DNA of 64,000 bases from Balanoglossus misakiensis. Lineage: Eukaryota; Animalia; Hemichordata. The notes below the pieces were generated by a model. It saw only the letters and a program-made list of their open reading frames with translations. It searched no databases and was not told the DNA's origin. Shown piece by piece: positions 10,110 through 22,921 of this stretch. Within the stretch, counting starts at the first letter, position 1; each line of letters opens with the position of its first letter. Where the stretch lies: contig CM082576.2 in assembly GCA_040954595.2 (NCBI GenBank), positions 18,337,028 through 18,401,027 of the forward strand, written 5' to 3'. Position numbers and translations under genes: made by a program.

Positions 10110-12071
10110 GTGCAAATAAGAGTTCCCTGCAACGCAGCGGTGTAAATAAGATTTCTCTGCACCGCAGCGATCTGACCGTTCTTTATTCACTCCTCGGGGA
10201 TAAAAACGTTTTATTACGGCCTAAAAACGCAGCGTAGATATTGAAATAAACTGGATATATGAAAATAATAAAAATTACAATGATAATGTCGTTAAAAGTT
10301 CTCACGAAAAAAAGAAATAAAAAAGTGGTCTCGAACCAACATCAGTTAACACCTTCAGGTAAAAGGTTAGCCTTCGTGAACCATTCGCCATCATGATGTG
10401 TACTCGAAAAAGGCGGAAATTTTCCGCACTATATTGCAGCATAACTCCAATGATCTTATTTGCATCTCAACGGTGCAAATAAGAGTTCCCTGCACCGCAA
10501 GGATCTGACCGTTCTTTATTCACTCCTCGGTGACAAAAACGTTTTATTACGGCCTAAATAACGACTTTTTCGCTCCTTGGTTGGTCATGCGGACGGAAAG
10601 ACACGGTTATAGCGAGTTTATCTTTCTCTCTCCTGAGCACTCCGTATTCAGACTTGCCCAAGTGAACTGCGAAAAAAAATGACCAAGTTTCCGAGCATGT
10701 TTCTTATACCCGACAGATAAAAAAACGCAGCGTAGATATTGAAATGAATTGGCTTTATGAAAATGATAAAAATTACACTGATAATGTCGTTAAAAGTTCT
10801 CACACAAAAAAAAAGAAATAGAAAAAAAAAGTGGTCTCGAACCAACATCAGTTGACACCTACAGGTAAAATGCTATCTTTTCTGAACCATTCGCCATCAC
10901 GTTGTGTATTCAAAAAATCGGAAATTTTTCGCACTATGTTGCAGCATAATTCAAATGATCTTATTTGCACTAGTCTAGAATCTATCCGTTCGTAGTCGCC
11001 CTACTACCGTCTAGGAACGCGTAACCAAAATCTAGTAAGGCCATAAAAATGGTAATTTGAATGTGAATAGTCTCCAACTGAGCAGTCTGACGTCAGAGAA
11101 GTCAATCACTTACGTTGACCGACTACTGATTGGCTATCAATGTTAATGAGGTGATGACGTTGAATGTTAATTATGTTTACAATGTAGCTCCGCCCCGAAT
11201 GATACATAATCATGATCACGTGGTGACGCTTGATGTCAGATTGTTCAGTTGGAGACTATTCACATTCAAATTACCATTTTTTATGGCCTTACTAGATTTT
11301 GGTTACGCGTTCCTAGACGGTAGTAGGGCGACTACGAACGGATAGATTCTAGACTAATTTGCACCACAGCGGTGCAAATAAGAGTTCCCTGCACAGCAGC
11401 GGTGCAAATAATAGTTCCCTGCACCGCAACGATCTGACCGTTCTTTATTCACTCCTCGGCGATAAAAACGTTTTATTACGCCTAAATAATGACTTTTTTG
11501 CTCCTTGGTTGGTCATTCGGACGGAAAGACACGGTTTTAGAGAGTTTATCTTTCTCTTAGCTGAGCACTCCGTATTCAGACTTGCCCAAGTGAACCGCGA
11601 GAAAAAAATGACAATGTTTTCCTGCATGTTTCTTATACCCGACATATACAAATCGCAGCGTAGATATTGAAATAGTTTGGATTTATGAAAATGTAAAAAA
11701 TTACAATGATAATGTCGTTAAAAATTCTCACAAAAAAGAAATAGCAAAAAGAGCTCTCGAACCAACATCAGTTTACATCTTCGGGTAAAGGGCTAGCCTT
11801 ACTGAACCCTTCGCCATCACGATGTGTACTCGAAAAAGTCGGAAGTTTATCGCACTATTTTGCAGCATAACTCCATTGATCTTATTTGCACCGCAGCGGT
11901 GCAAATAAGAGTTCCCTGCACGGCAGGGGTGCAAATAAGAGTTCCCTGCACCGCAACGATCTGACCGTTCTTTATTCACTCCTCGGCGATAAAAATGTTT
12001 TATTACGGCCTAAATAACGAATTTTTCGCTCCTTGGTTGGTCTTGCGGACGGAAAGACACGGTTTAAGCGA
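10110..12071 (+). repeat. Satellite B (~530-bp unit with variable 29-bp sub-repeat GCGGTGCAAATAAGAGTTCCCTGCACCGC), left block
   Basis: GATCTGACCGTTCTTTATTCACTC recurs at ~10169, 10502, 11431 and 11958; the same unit continues after 22921. Confidence 0.9.
10971..11356. mobile_element. MITE (386 bp) with ~125-bp TIRs and 8-bp TSD (hAT- or Academ-like)
   Basis: Termini TAGTCTAGAATCTATCCG...CGGATAGATTCTAGACTA; TSD ATTTGCAC at 10963-10970 and 11357-11364. Confidence 0.92.
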
Positions 12072-12612
12072 AACACAACGACATAGAAATCCCAATTTCC
12101 GAAAAACAAGGTTTTTTGAGATTTTTTTGACAAAATACCTAAAAATCCTTAATAAATTACATTGATTCTTGTATATTATCAACCAAAAATTAAAAAGCTA
12201 ACAAATATAACTTTGAACTGACTTTTTTTCTTAATTTTATTCTAGAATCAGGAAAACACTGGAATTTGTGTCTTTGGTTAATATTTAGGAAAAACATATA
12301 TTTGGAATAATTTCCCGGAATTGCCTTGTCAGACTTTTAATTTTCCTCAGAAAAAAATACGCACAACTTATACTTGCTTTTATCCTTGGACAAATACTTA
12401 TTTTTTTAACATTTGTTCAGAACTTGTAGCAACAAATGTTGATGAGGCAAGTTTTTTCTTGGAAATATACTAACACGCAAAGAATGGCTTTTTGGATAGA
12501 ATAGTTCTATAGAAAATCAGAGTTTTATTGCACTTAAAAATAATACATCAAAAATTGACAAAGAAAAATCAGAATTTCTAGGCATTCAAAAGTGTACTTA
12601 ATTTTTCTATTG

Positions 12613-13250
12613 AAAAAAAACATGTTTTCTTTTACTGTATCTCTGCCAATCGGCAGAAAGTCTGCCTCTTAGCCTTCCAAGCAAGATACAAGATAGTCAA
12701 CTCTGCCAATTGGCAGAGGCTAGAGACAAGATGGCTGACTCTGCCAATTGGCAGAGACACACATTACACATCCACTCGCTTAAAATATAAAAACTCCTGG
12801 AAATTTTACAATGAAAACTTTTCTGGGTCCAAAATGGTTATAAGAGTGGCTTGGCCAATCATAGAGCATCTCCATTGATGTCGTTGTTCCCTGAAAAGAA
12901 AAAAAAGCATTCCATACGTAAAATATAATAAAAGCGCGACTTTGAAGGTTGTTGAACAAACATCAAATACATGTTACATAACTTACAATAAAGAACGCGA
13001 TCACAACACAGGTGTGTGGTCGGAAAGGGTGGTCTTTCCTGACACACATGCCCATCGTTGAGGAATGTTGCTGGCTACAAAAAAAACATGTTTTCTTTTA
13101 CTGTATCTCTGCCAATCGGCAGAAAGTCTGCCTCTTAGCCTTCCAAGCAAGATACAAGATAGTCAACTCTGCCAATTGGCAGAGGCTAGAGACAAGATGG
13201 CTGACTCTGCCAATTGGCAGAGACCAGAGACAAGATGACTGACTCTGCCA
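12613..13250 (+). repeat. 466-bp tandem duplication plus 38-bp minisatellite (CTCTGCCAATTGGCAGAG core)
   Basis: CATGTTTTCTTTTACTG at 12621 and 13087; segment 12757-13080 recurs at 21002-21325 (identical 62-aa ORFs at 12859 and 21104). Confidence 0.85.
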
Positions 13251-14138
13251 ATACTTCCTTTTCGAGATCAGGAACGAGATTCTCGAACAGGGCGCGATTA
13301 TAGTTCAAAACGAGGCTGAGGGTGACCAACGCAATGCTACGACAGGCTGTTCGCTGAGTGACAGTGAAAGCAGCGTGGACATCAGTCACCGAACGCGTAC
13401 TCTCAGTCTGTGTGCACAGTACATGCTGAATCACAGGTAAGAAACTCAATTTTTCGAAACTTAACTATTTCATGGTGAGGATAATTCCGAGGAGCGTGTC
13501 AAAACATGTTTCGTTTTGATTTTTTTCGGAATCTGTCGCCGGCTTTGGTGTAGCCCGCGCCCGGCCCACGATCGACCGTCCGTGGGTACGGGCGGAGGGG
13601 ATCATCGTTAGCCGTACGACCACGTACGTCGCTGTCAGACGTTAAATGTTGTGTTGTGATTGAGTAACGGAGGTTGCATGATTTCAAGAGCCTTGCATAT
13701 ATGACGATTGGAAATTTTCATTTAGTCGTAGCGTAGTTAGTAGACGGACTGTTGCACTGCAGCCATGGCAACTGTCCCGGAAGTTGTTGGGTTTTGCGTG
13801 ACCTTGCAGACTGTTTACAATGTGGGACGACTGTAGTCTGTGGCAGACGCACTCACTCGATATTGCATGATTGGTTATTTGCATAACTTGTTAGGTCCTT
13901 GGTCTCGCGAATTTGACTGACAGGTCATCTGCTATGATTTGAAATTGTGTGCCCCTGTACATGTAATTTTGTTGTGGGTTGAACAGGTTCTCTTGTCAAA
14001 CTATGGCAACAAATGACGTGCCTACTAGTACTACATCTAAACTTTACACGTTTGTAATAGTGTAAACATTTTTTAAATTGGGGTAGAACGAAGAAAATAA
14101 TCCATAACTCTTTCACATTTGTTTCTGCATGTAGCAGC

Positions 14139-17100
14139 ATGGAATCACAAAACGTTGACCGGAGCAGCCAGACATTGGCAGCACTGAAGGGAAAGGTTTG
14201 TGTTTCTTCTTTGAATGGTATTAAACAGCTAACTACGAATCAGCTTAGGGCCCTGTTGACGGAGAATGGTGATTAATAGAATCTCACACTCCCAAGGACC
14301 TGGGATCGTATTTCTCACACGAGTTGGGGATATTTTGTCCCACACGAGCCGCAGGCGAGTGTGGGACAAAATATCCCCGACGAGTGTGAGAAATAGGATC
14401 CCAGGTCCTTGGTGTGTGAGATTCTTTTTCTCACACGACCAGAAATTTGCGATATTAACATTTATTTACAACAAAATAACTCAATCTATAAAATACCGAC
14501 TGATAACTGCATGACCGGCCATATATTGATCCGCCCCGCGAAACATAGTCCCCATTATATCACAAGTTTAAAGTACACACATGCTACAAAAATGTGCCCA
14601 ACACATTAAAATATGGAAATTGTTTCCTGTGGCATAAATTCGCGCGATATCTAGAAAATACAACCGTTTTTGCGAGTCTGTCGCCAACCACGTACACCAC
14701 TGTCGTCTGCACATGACCTGATCACATTGTAGTTCCGGTTCGTGTACAACACATCACACAATTGGATAATATTTGCTTGTTCTGAGGGGTATGAATATCA
14801 TTATCCAATCAGAGCTCGTGTCAGAAAACACTTGTCTGTGTGCGCATTAACACAGAGTGTGGGATAGATTTGATCCCACACTCTCTATCCCACACTCCCA
14901 GCGGCCAGGAGTGTGAGAATACCAAGTTCCATCTAAGTGTAGGAAAGCAGATCTTGTACTGAGGGCATATGCAGTGATGTCTTCTGTAGGCGAATGTAGA
15001 ACCAGAAACTTACCCTGTGATGTGGAAACAAATAGGGACATTACGTATGGAGACTTGTTAAAAGAGACAGTAGGAGGAACATGGCTGAGAGACTTGAGAA
15101 AGGTTCCACCATTGACATTTATTCAGCTCTATGAATATTTAGTGATAAAGACAAAAAGATATCACATGAATAAACTTGACGTTGGCAGGATTAAATACAA
15201 GAGACTTAAATCATACAAATACTTCTATGAAGGAAACATTAAGGATATGCAGGTTATGGTGAAAGACCAATATAAGTATTTAAAGGCTAAAGTTCTACCT
15301 TCAATGAAACCAAAGCCATACATGGCAATGATTGTCTTTTCCATAAGCTCATGAGAAGTTGTCAAGGCAGCCTGTGAATGTCCAGCTGGGTAACTGAAAC
15401 TTTATTCACAAGCACAAGATGTGCATTTTTAGTTTCCTGCTACAAGATTTCTGTGGGCAGTGAATCTTAATGTTGCTCTGATATATCACCTTTTTTTGTT
15501 ACACTAGAATTACAGAATTATAAACAAATATAGAGCTTGTGCTCTTAAGGAAAAAGTACCCATGTTTTTGGCTGTTGATTTCATTTTTTTTTTAATTTTG
15601 TTATGTTAAAAGCGACAGTAGCTGTAACTTCTGAAGACTTTTCTGTTCATCTTTAGCAAAAACACTTCCCAGCATTTATATGAGAGCTTTAATTGTTATT
15701 ATTGTTTGTTAAAACACTCAGATAGTATGCATGCTTATAATTTTACATTTAGGAGTTGGTTCCCTTTAACTTAGGTTTTTCTGTAGTACATGTATGACAT
15801 TGTGTAACTTTTGTGTTGGGTACTATCATTTTAGTATCATAAAAATAAGCATGGAAGCATACACTGGCCTGATTATTGTAACCTATATGTTTACAGACGT
15901 TGAAATTATGGACTTGGAAAATGTTCACATGTTGGTGGTGTTCTGTTTGCATTGGAGGACTTCCATAGACGTGGACTTCATGATCACCCAGAGCCGTTAT
16001 CATGTACATCAAGACTCTCTGTATGGGTTGTACCCAGGAATCTCAAGGTAAGTTGCTGAATTTCAGTATTACTGCATCAATACATGTGTATACATGTATG
16101 ACAACACATACACATGTTGACTGGCCATGAAGGGAGGGTAGCAGCATATATTTGTCTCTTGAACCCTCATTTATACATGGCTGTATTTTATATTTTGGTA
16201 TCATCACTTGATATATCTGGTATCATAACCTTTGTCATGTCTGTTTCTATCCTTTTCAGGTTGACCCAAAACCTCTAAATGAAATCACTATATTTCAGCC
16301 TCATTATGGGAGGTCAGGTAGGCTTATGTGTCAGTCATCTTCAAGATATGATGTCAGGGCACCTCAAGATCGACAGCTGGGTGAAAGATTTCCAGAGCTC
16401 TGCAGCACATTACAGCAGTGTCTGCAATCCTCCTCGTTTTTCCTGTTTCATGACCTTCAACCACTGCAACATCTAGAGTGTACAGAAGTTGATGTTCCTG
16501 TCACAGTTGATATTACTGGTACTCAGGGTACCATGCCATTCAGTAATGACTATGAAATTAGCTCAACATCTTTCAAGGACATGGTTGATTGCCAAGTGAA
16601 CAATATGAAAGTGTCAAATGATGAAATAAATGCCATAAAATTGAAAACAAGGGAATGAAGGGACTCGACAGAATGGTTAGAGATCAGAAAAACCAAACTC
16701 ACTGCTTCAAATTTTGGTATGGAAATAAAATGTAGAGTGGAACCATCTAAGTATCTTAGAAATATGTTGTACAGAGATATCAAAACCATGTCCATGAAAT
16801 ATGGCAATATTTATGAACCTATTGCAAGACAAAAATACATTGAAATGAAAAAGAAAGTGGGTACTGATATTGATGTTGAAAAAGTGGGATTATGGTTAAG
16901 TTCAGAGAAGCCATATTTGGGTGCAAGTTTTGATGGCCTTGTGAAAGGAGATCCAGAGGGAGATGTGATATTGGAGTGCAAATGCCCATCATCAAAAGCA
17001 GGTATGACTGTTGCTGAGGCATGTAAACACAAATCATTTTGTCTTCGCTTAGATGAGGGGGGTCCACACTTGAAAACAAACCATGCTTACTGGCATCAAG

Positions 17101-17336
17101 TTCAAGGTCAAATGTATTGCACAGGAATAAGATGTGCTGATTTTGTCATTTTTTGGGGTGAGGAACTACCACTCTTTATTGAAAGAATTTATTTTGATGA
17201 GTGCTGGTGTAGAACATCACTGCCAGCAGTAGATTATATCTATAGAAGGGCTGTTTATCCTGAGCTGCTAACGCGGAGAGTTGAACGTGGTCTCACTTTA
17301 TACACGCAGTTGGGTTGGAAGCCATATGTATCATAA
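14139..17336 (+). pseudogene. ISL2EU accessory gene: SAP-like motif, SWIM zinc finger and YqaJ/lambda-exonuclease domain; spliced, disrupted
   Basis: ATG at 14139; the frame is restored by removing 14276-14921 (LTTNQLRALLTENGDYQVPSKCRKADLVLRA). SWIM CECPAG..CSH spans an intron. YqaJ motifs WLEIRKTKLTASNFG, GASFDG, ECKCP and YWHQVQGQM. In-frame TGA at ~15352, ~15901 and ~16656. Confidence 0.85.
14276..14921. mobile_element. Non-autonomous element with a long terminal hairpin (Crypton-associated type)
   Basis: A ~70-bp-arm hairpin is centred on CACGAGCCGCAGGCGAGTG (~14343-14361) and the element ends GTGTGAGAATA. Its removal precisely restores the host exon (GAT TAC CAA). Confidence 0.75.
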
Positions 17337-17940
17337 TTTAGCTGTATGTTAAAGGGACTAATTCTGCCAATTTACGAAATGAATAAACGCAGAATCCATA
17401 CATGTATTTACATGCCATAAGTGAGTGTATTTTTTATTAAAACATATTTACAAGTGTTCACTGCATATTACATTTGATACATTTAATAAATTAGATAAAT
17501 CACACAACTTTTTCAATGAATTCTTTGACCTTTGTATACAATGGTATATGTGTGTACCCATAAATAAGTCATTACAATGTCAAAAGTTATTTCATATTAA
17601 TATTAAATGGTCACAACTTGTCATACTTCATTCTTGCATTTTTTGATCAACTATGTACAATAAAGATAAATCAGTTACACTGATACAGAATAAAATCTCT
17701 TACAATGAAACAGGACTGTATGTTTCCTTGATCCAATGAAAGAAAAAATCTGAATGAAAATTTAATATTATAAAGTGCACATTTTAGTGTCAAGTTGACC
17801 TTTTGGACAGACTGGAAGACACAGTGACAAGAATAATATTTAAAGGACTGGCTGACAATCGTGAACTTGATTCAGTGATATTTTAAAGTGGGGTCAATGA
17901 GAACATGCATGTCCTGCATGATCTTATATCATATTAATTT

Positions 17941-20159
17941 CTATTGAGGGGCAATGGTCTTTGGCGGAAGTAAAGGGGGAAGGAAATTTGTCAAATATGC
18001 ACATACTGTCACTAACTCATTGGTGATGTGTTTTAGGGACAATGGAATTACTCCATCAAGGATATGGTAATTTTTCAATCTTCCAATAGCCCTTTCAACA
18101 TGTATCCTTACACTTGCAATGTTGTTGGTCTCTGTAACTTCAGCTGAACTTAGCTGGGCACGGTCCCTCTTAAATGGAGGTATATTTAGAGTTACTCCAG
18201 GTGGTAGAACATCCCCAATTTCAAATCCCCTGTCTGCCATGACATTATCTCCTTCATCAAGTTTTGCAAGAATACCACAATCTTTAGTAATGTTGTGATC
18301 AGAGACCCTCCCACCCCACAAATCAGAAACAAATATCACCTGACCATTTGGGGAAATTCCAACCAAAACCTTCCACGTGTTATGGTGTTTATAGGCTGAC
18401 CATGTTTGTGATTGAGCAAGCATGGAGGAAGGCACCTCGATAAAGAATTCTGTGCAATCAAGTACCACACGTGTTGTAGGATATAGCTCAAATGCATGGG
18501 GCATATTCTTTTGTATAGAGTGCTGAGAAGGGAAGGGAAACAACAACAAAAGCTCATGTGTAAGGAAAATAATCCATGTAGTGAAAATTTTAGATACAGA
18601 AGATGGTGATATGCCAAATCTGTCAGCCAAATCCTTCACAAACAGTCCAACCCTACATCTGACTAAAACCATAATAAATTCATCTAATAAAGTAAGCTTG
18701 CGTTTTGGTCCCGGTTTTGACTTGGAATGATCTTGATAGGGCACGGATTGTTTCATCTGTTTTTCACCCTTCCAATATTGCAGTTTGGTGGCTTTAGGTT
18801 CAGGGTAATGAAAAAATGCAAAAAACTATCATAATTTGGAAAACCTGTATAAAATTAGACTGCACTGTCATCTTTGAAATTATCAACACAAAATTTTCTG
18901 TTTTTCAATTCATCAACCTCAATTTGTAGTTGCCCAAGTTTGGATTTTAAGTTTTGTATTTCTGCAGTACATTCTGATACTTTTTTCTCTAAATATAAAA
19001 TATAATCATTACACATAAAGGAAGGCTTAGTAAAACAATACGAATGTTCTTCAATGTGTTGTGGTGGCTGAACAAATGGCTGTGCGTGGTGGTTGAATAA
19101 AAGCACTATCTGTCTGTACAGCAGCATCTTTCAAACCAATCTGAAAAAAAATAAAAATCACTCAAAATATAACAATATGTTGTAACAAGTACAAATCTGA
19201 GATGTCACTCACACGTCACAGACTATTATTTTTAAAGTGGCAACTACATAACATTTATACATTTAAAAATTTGAACCTTTCTTCAATATCACACTATATC
19301 GGAGAAAAAAATACAAAACATGTTTGAACAAATTATATATTTAAGTTTATTTCAATTGGGAAAAATATTTTCTTATTTGACTATCCGGGGGTAAAGTTTG
19401 GTGATGGTTTTTTTTAAATAACTAAGGTAAAGAGTCTCCATTAATGAATGATGCTTACCTTCTTGTTTTCTTTCCTATCTTCAAAGTCTAACCTTTTAAC
19501 TGCTTTTGGTTTTATCAGGTTTCTCTGTTTTGGATGTTCTCGCCGTATAATTTTCTTAGCTGGCTGCACAGAATTCGGAACAGCTCCTACAGTAAGTTAA
19601 AGATTGATGAACTATTTAGAAATGTATGTTTAAATACATATTAATGCAACACACAACATTCTTTTACTCTTGCAGTGCTCATTACATAGCTGCCAGCAAA
19701 ACACAAATGATATTTTCACTGGCAATAGTATGCAAATAAAGTGTGAAAATAATCCCCATTGAAATTGTACCAAATTATATCTAGTGACTTTGCAGAGGCA
19801 ACTCACTAATTATACTTTTTCAAGTACCGTAAATTTCTGCCCCCACAAATGCAATGTCACAAACCATAAATGTTTACTAACAAGCTTTACTTGCCTGGTC
19901 TCAATTTCCATATCTTTGCTCCAAATGATACTGATATGTCTTCCTTTTTGAAGTGGTTATGGCAGACAACAGTAGAACCTCGAACATGAAAGCCATCTCT
20001 TCCATCTTGACGACATATCTTACTGCACCAGAGGTTCTTTGTTGATGGTTTACTGGGAAACCTGAAAAAATGGATTCCAGTTGGGTTTCCTTTGCTGTCC
20101 CTGGCAGTATTTGTACATCCATATGCACAGCACTGCTTACCTCTACTGATTCTGGGCAT
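17941..20159 (-). pseudogene. ISL2EU transposase (THAP, coiled coil, HTH, DDE_Tnp_4/HARBI1-like), 3 exons, disrupted
   Basis: THAP exon CCAYGC..FFRFP..W..CHNHF (20159-~19892); middle exon ~19588-19461; catalytic exon with LDCTE, YKHHNTWK, MADRGF and RIHVERAIGRLK. Stop and frameshift near FYTGFPNY (~18810-18860). Confidence 0.88.
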
Positions 20160-20841
20160 CTGTCAAAATAACAATAAAGCATATTATATATTAATAATAA
20201 TAATTCGACTGAGGTATTGGTAATGACGCTGTCAAAATTTTAGGTGGCCATCATGTATTGTACGTATACTAGTTATTTATCACCATTGCAACGTACGCGA
20301 TGATTGTAGAGGTCACTTCCGCATTCAATGACTTTGTCTGCCTGCAGGCCGCAACCAAGCGCACAGACAACTTTGATTCAATGTTAGGCTACAACCATTG
20401 AAGCTGAACGTACGCGGCAATAGATTACGGAGGAATATGCTTCCATCAACAATGTCAACCACAGCCAAGACCCTGCCGCAGCTAAGCTAAATAATCAGAA
20501 AGTTTCACTTTGCTTGCTTTTCTGCGCGCTACGGCGTACGGCTTGTCAGTTTTGTACTTGTCGTCTGCAGTTTCCACAGTCAAATTACAGTCAACTTGCA
20601 GTAATGCCTTGTTTCCCGACACTGAAATATCGTGAACATTCACAAAACCTTCTAAAATGACTAATCAGTAAAGTTAACTCTCTTTGAAAACAATATATCT
20701 TACCTTAGTGACTTTTTCCGTACGTGAATGTGAGCTACCGTACCAGTGCCAACAACCGCAGCCATTATCGCGCTAGCTAGCTAGCTGGTCACCTTCAGCC
20801 TCGTTTTCGTAAATCTCGCGAGAATCTCCAAACTCGAGTAT

Positions 20842-21001
20842 TGGCAGAGGCTAGAGACAAGATGCCTGATTCTGCCAATTGGCAGAGGCAAGAGACAAGA
20901 TGGCTGACTCTGCCAATTGGCAGAGGTCAGAGACAAGATGGCTGACTCTGCCAATTGGCAGAGGCCAGGGACAAGATGGCTGACTCTGCCAATTGGCAGA
21001 G
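20842..21001 (+). repeat. 38-bp minisatellite, continuation of the array split by the ISL2EU
   Basis: About four units of GACTCTGCCAATTGGCAGAGG..AGACAAGATGGCT. Confidence 0.9.
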
Positions 21002-22282
21002 ACACACATTACACATCCACTCGCTTAAAATATAAAAACTCCTGGAAATTTTACAATGAAAACTTTTCTGGGTCCAAAATGGTTATAAGAGTGGCTTGGC
21101 CAATCATAGAGCATCTCCATTGATGTCGTTGTTCCCTGAAAAGAAAAAAAAGCATTCCATACGTAAAATATAATAAAAGCGCGACTTTGAAGGTTGTTGA
21201 ACAAACATCAAATACATGTTACATAACTTACAATAAAGAACGCGATCACAACACAGGTGTGTGGTCGGAAAGGGTGGTCTTTCCTGACACACATGCCCAT
21301 CGTTGAGGAATGTTGCTGGCTACAAAACTTCACGGGACGGCGACACAGTCACCATACATCACGGAAACAGAGAGACCTAGTGGACGACAATCACCTTATG
21401 GGTGTCCTTGTAAGCTTGACACGTTTTCAATGGCCAGAACGGTTCACCCTTGCGCTTGTTGATCAGCCTGGAAGTTTTCTTCGATTCTTGTTTATTTACT
21501 TAAAGTGCACCTGTCTTCTTCCACAAGATAGCAACGCTATAACGTTGGACGTCGACAGTTTGCGCTGGACACTCTGCTCAAACCCGGGTTTGAATCGCAT
21601 CATTGAGAACTTTGCGAAAACCGTCGCTGTCCACAGAAACAATAGAAATTTCCGACAATCCGGAGATTTTTATTGTTCCATAGATATGTTTGGCGATTCA
21701 CACCTTAGCCGCGGGGGTCGCCACCTTTGTGCCTGGATATATCTTATAACCCTTAACCTTTACTATTCAAATTAGTATTAGAGAATAGATAAACCATTAT
21801 GTTTAGGTTGGGCCAACCTTGGGAAAGGCGCTTCAATGATTGAGTACTAGTATGTTTTCAGTAAAAAAATACGAACTGACGGATATATGTTACTGAAATC
21901 TTACATGGGTTATAATTTTTCAGTATGACTACTTTCTAGTATTTCTAGCTAGTAAAAGTCCAATTACTTCGCCTACTTGACCGGTGCTTTAAATCAGGAA
22001 ACCCTTCAATTGAATGGAATCTACCAAGTGACTGTGCCAAAACTAACTACAAGCCTAAACTGGCCCGCGGCGTTCGAGGTCAGGGCTACTGCCAGGTTGT
22101 TCGGCCGTGTATCAGGGCCGTCTTCTGCGCCCGCCAGCATGTCGATTAATGGCAGTATTTTTTTCATCAACCAGTACGTAATTTGATTCAAGTGACGAAT
22201 ATGTCGTGCTCAGCGATCGTGCGCTCGAAAATACGTGCTCACTTGTGCAATTTGATAGCGACGATGAGCAGGAACTGGTACG

Positions 22283-22622
22283 TCAGCCTGGAAATCTTGC
22301 CGATTGTCAGTAGTCTTGTACAGCCTGAAAATCCTGCCAATTGGCAGGGAGTCTTATACAGCCTGGAAATCTTGCCGATTGGCAGGAGTCTTGTACAGCC
22401 TGAAAATCCTGCCAATTGGCAGGGAGTCTTATACAGCCTGGAAATCTTGCCGATTGTCAGTAGTCTAGTACAGCCTGAAAATCCTGCCAATTGGCAGGAG
22501 TCTTGTACAACCTGGAAATCTTGCCGATTGGCAGGAGTCTAGTACAGCCTGAAAATCCTGCCAATTGGCAGGGATTTCTAAGTCGTTGCGGTTTTCCTGC
22601 CAATTGGCAAGATTTCAAGCTA
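22283..22622 (+). repeat. 37/38-bp alternating minisatellite (TGCC(A/G)ATTGGCAG core), subterminal in the 12072-22921 element
   Basis: CAGCCTGGAAATCTTGCCGATTG alternates with CAGCCTGAAAATCCTGCCAATTGG with a ~75-bp period. Confidence 0.88.
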
Positions 22623-22921
22623 TACAAGATTCCTTTCCCATTGACAATTAAACTGCGCTCGTTTTTCTGTTGAAAAAAGTCAAATCAAATTTAGCATCGC
22701 TCAAAGTTACTTTTTTATTCAATAAAAATATTAATGAGGGTCTTTAATGTAACATTTATGCACTTTTCCATTGAAAAATCAATTTCAAAATTTCCCTTTG
22801 ACAACCATGGGTTTTTTTCAAAGGAATTTCGTAATTTTTGTTTAGGCTGACATTGATATTTCCATACAAAATCCGATTTTATCTTCGTTTTCGAAAATTG
22901 GGATTTCTATGTCGTTGTGTT

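Larger units (their letters stand above)
13253..20839. mobile_element. ISL2EU-type (PIF/Harbinger-related) DNA transposon, 7.6 kb, with two convergent genes
   Basis: AT TSD at 13251-13252 and 20840-20841 inside CTCTGCCA-AT-TGGCAGAG. Termini ACT...AGT, with shared subterminal AAAACGAGGCTGA(G/A)GGTGACCA. Encodes a THAP-DDE transposase and a YqaJ nuclease, the gene pair typical of ISL2EU. Confidence 0.88.
12072..22921. mobile_element. Non-autonomous TIR element of unassigned superfamily inserted in satellite B; carries TGCCAATTGGCA-based repeat arrays
   Basis: 27-bp TIR AACACAACGACATAGAAATCCCAATTT at 12072, inverted copy ending at 22921. Probable 4-bp TSD GCGA/GCTA. The satellite consensus AGCGAGTTTATC is restored on removal. 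Confidence 0.85.

Noticed and set aside
15352-16658. Three in-frame TGA codons in the YqaJ gene as possible selenocysteine or readthrough
   Set aside because: They are not at Cys positions, the gene also has an insertion, and its partner transposase has a TAA and a frameshift; ordinary decay.
20842-22622. 37-38-bp palindromic repeats resembling a CRISPR array
   Set aside because: No unique spacers, no cas genes and a eukaryotic context; these are minisatellites inside a TIR element.
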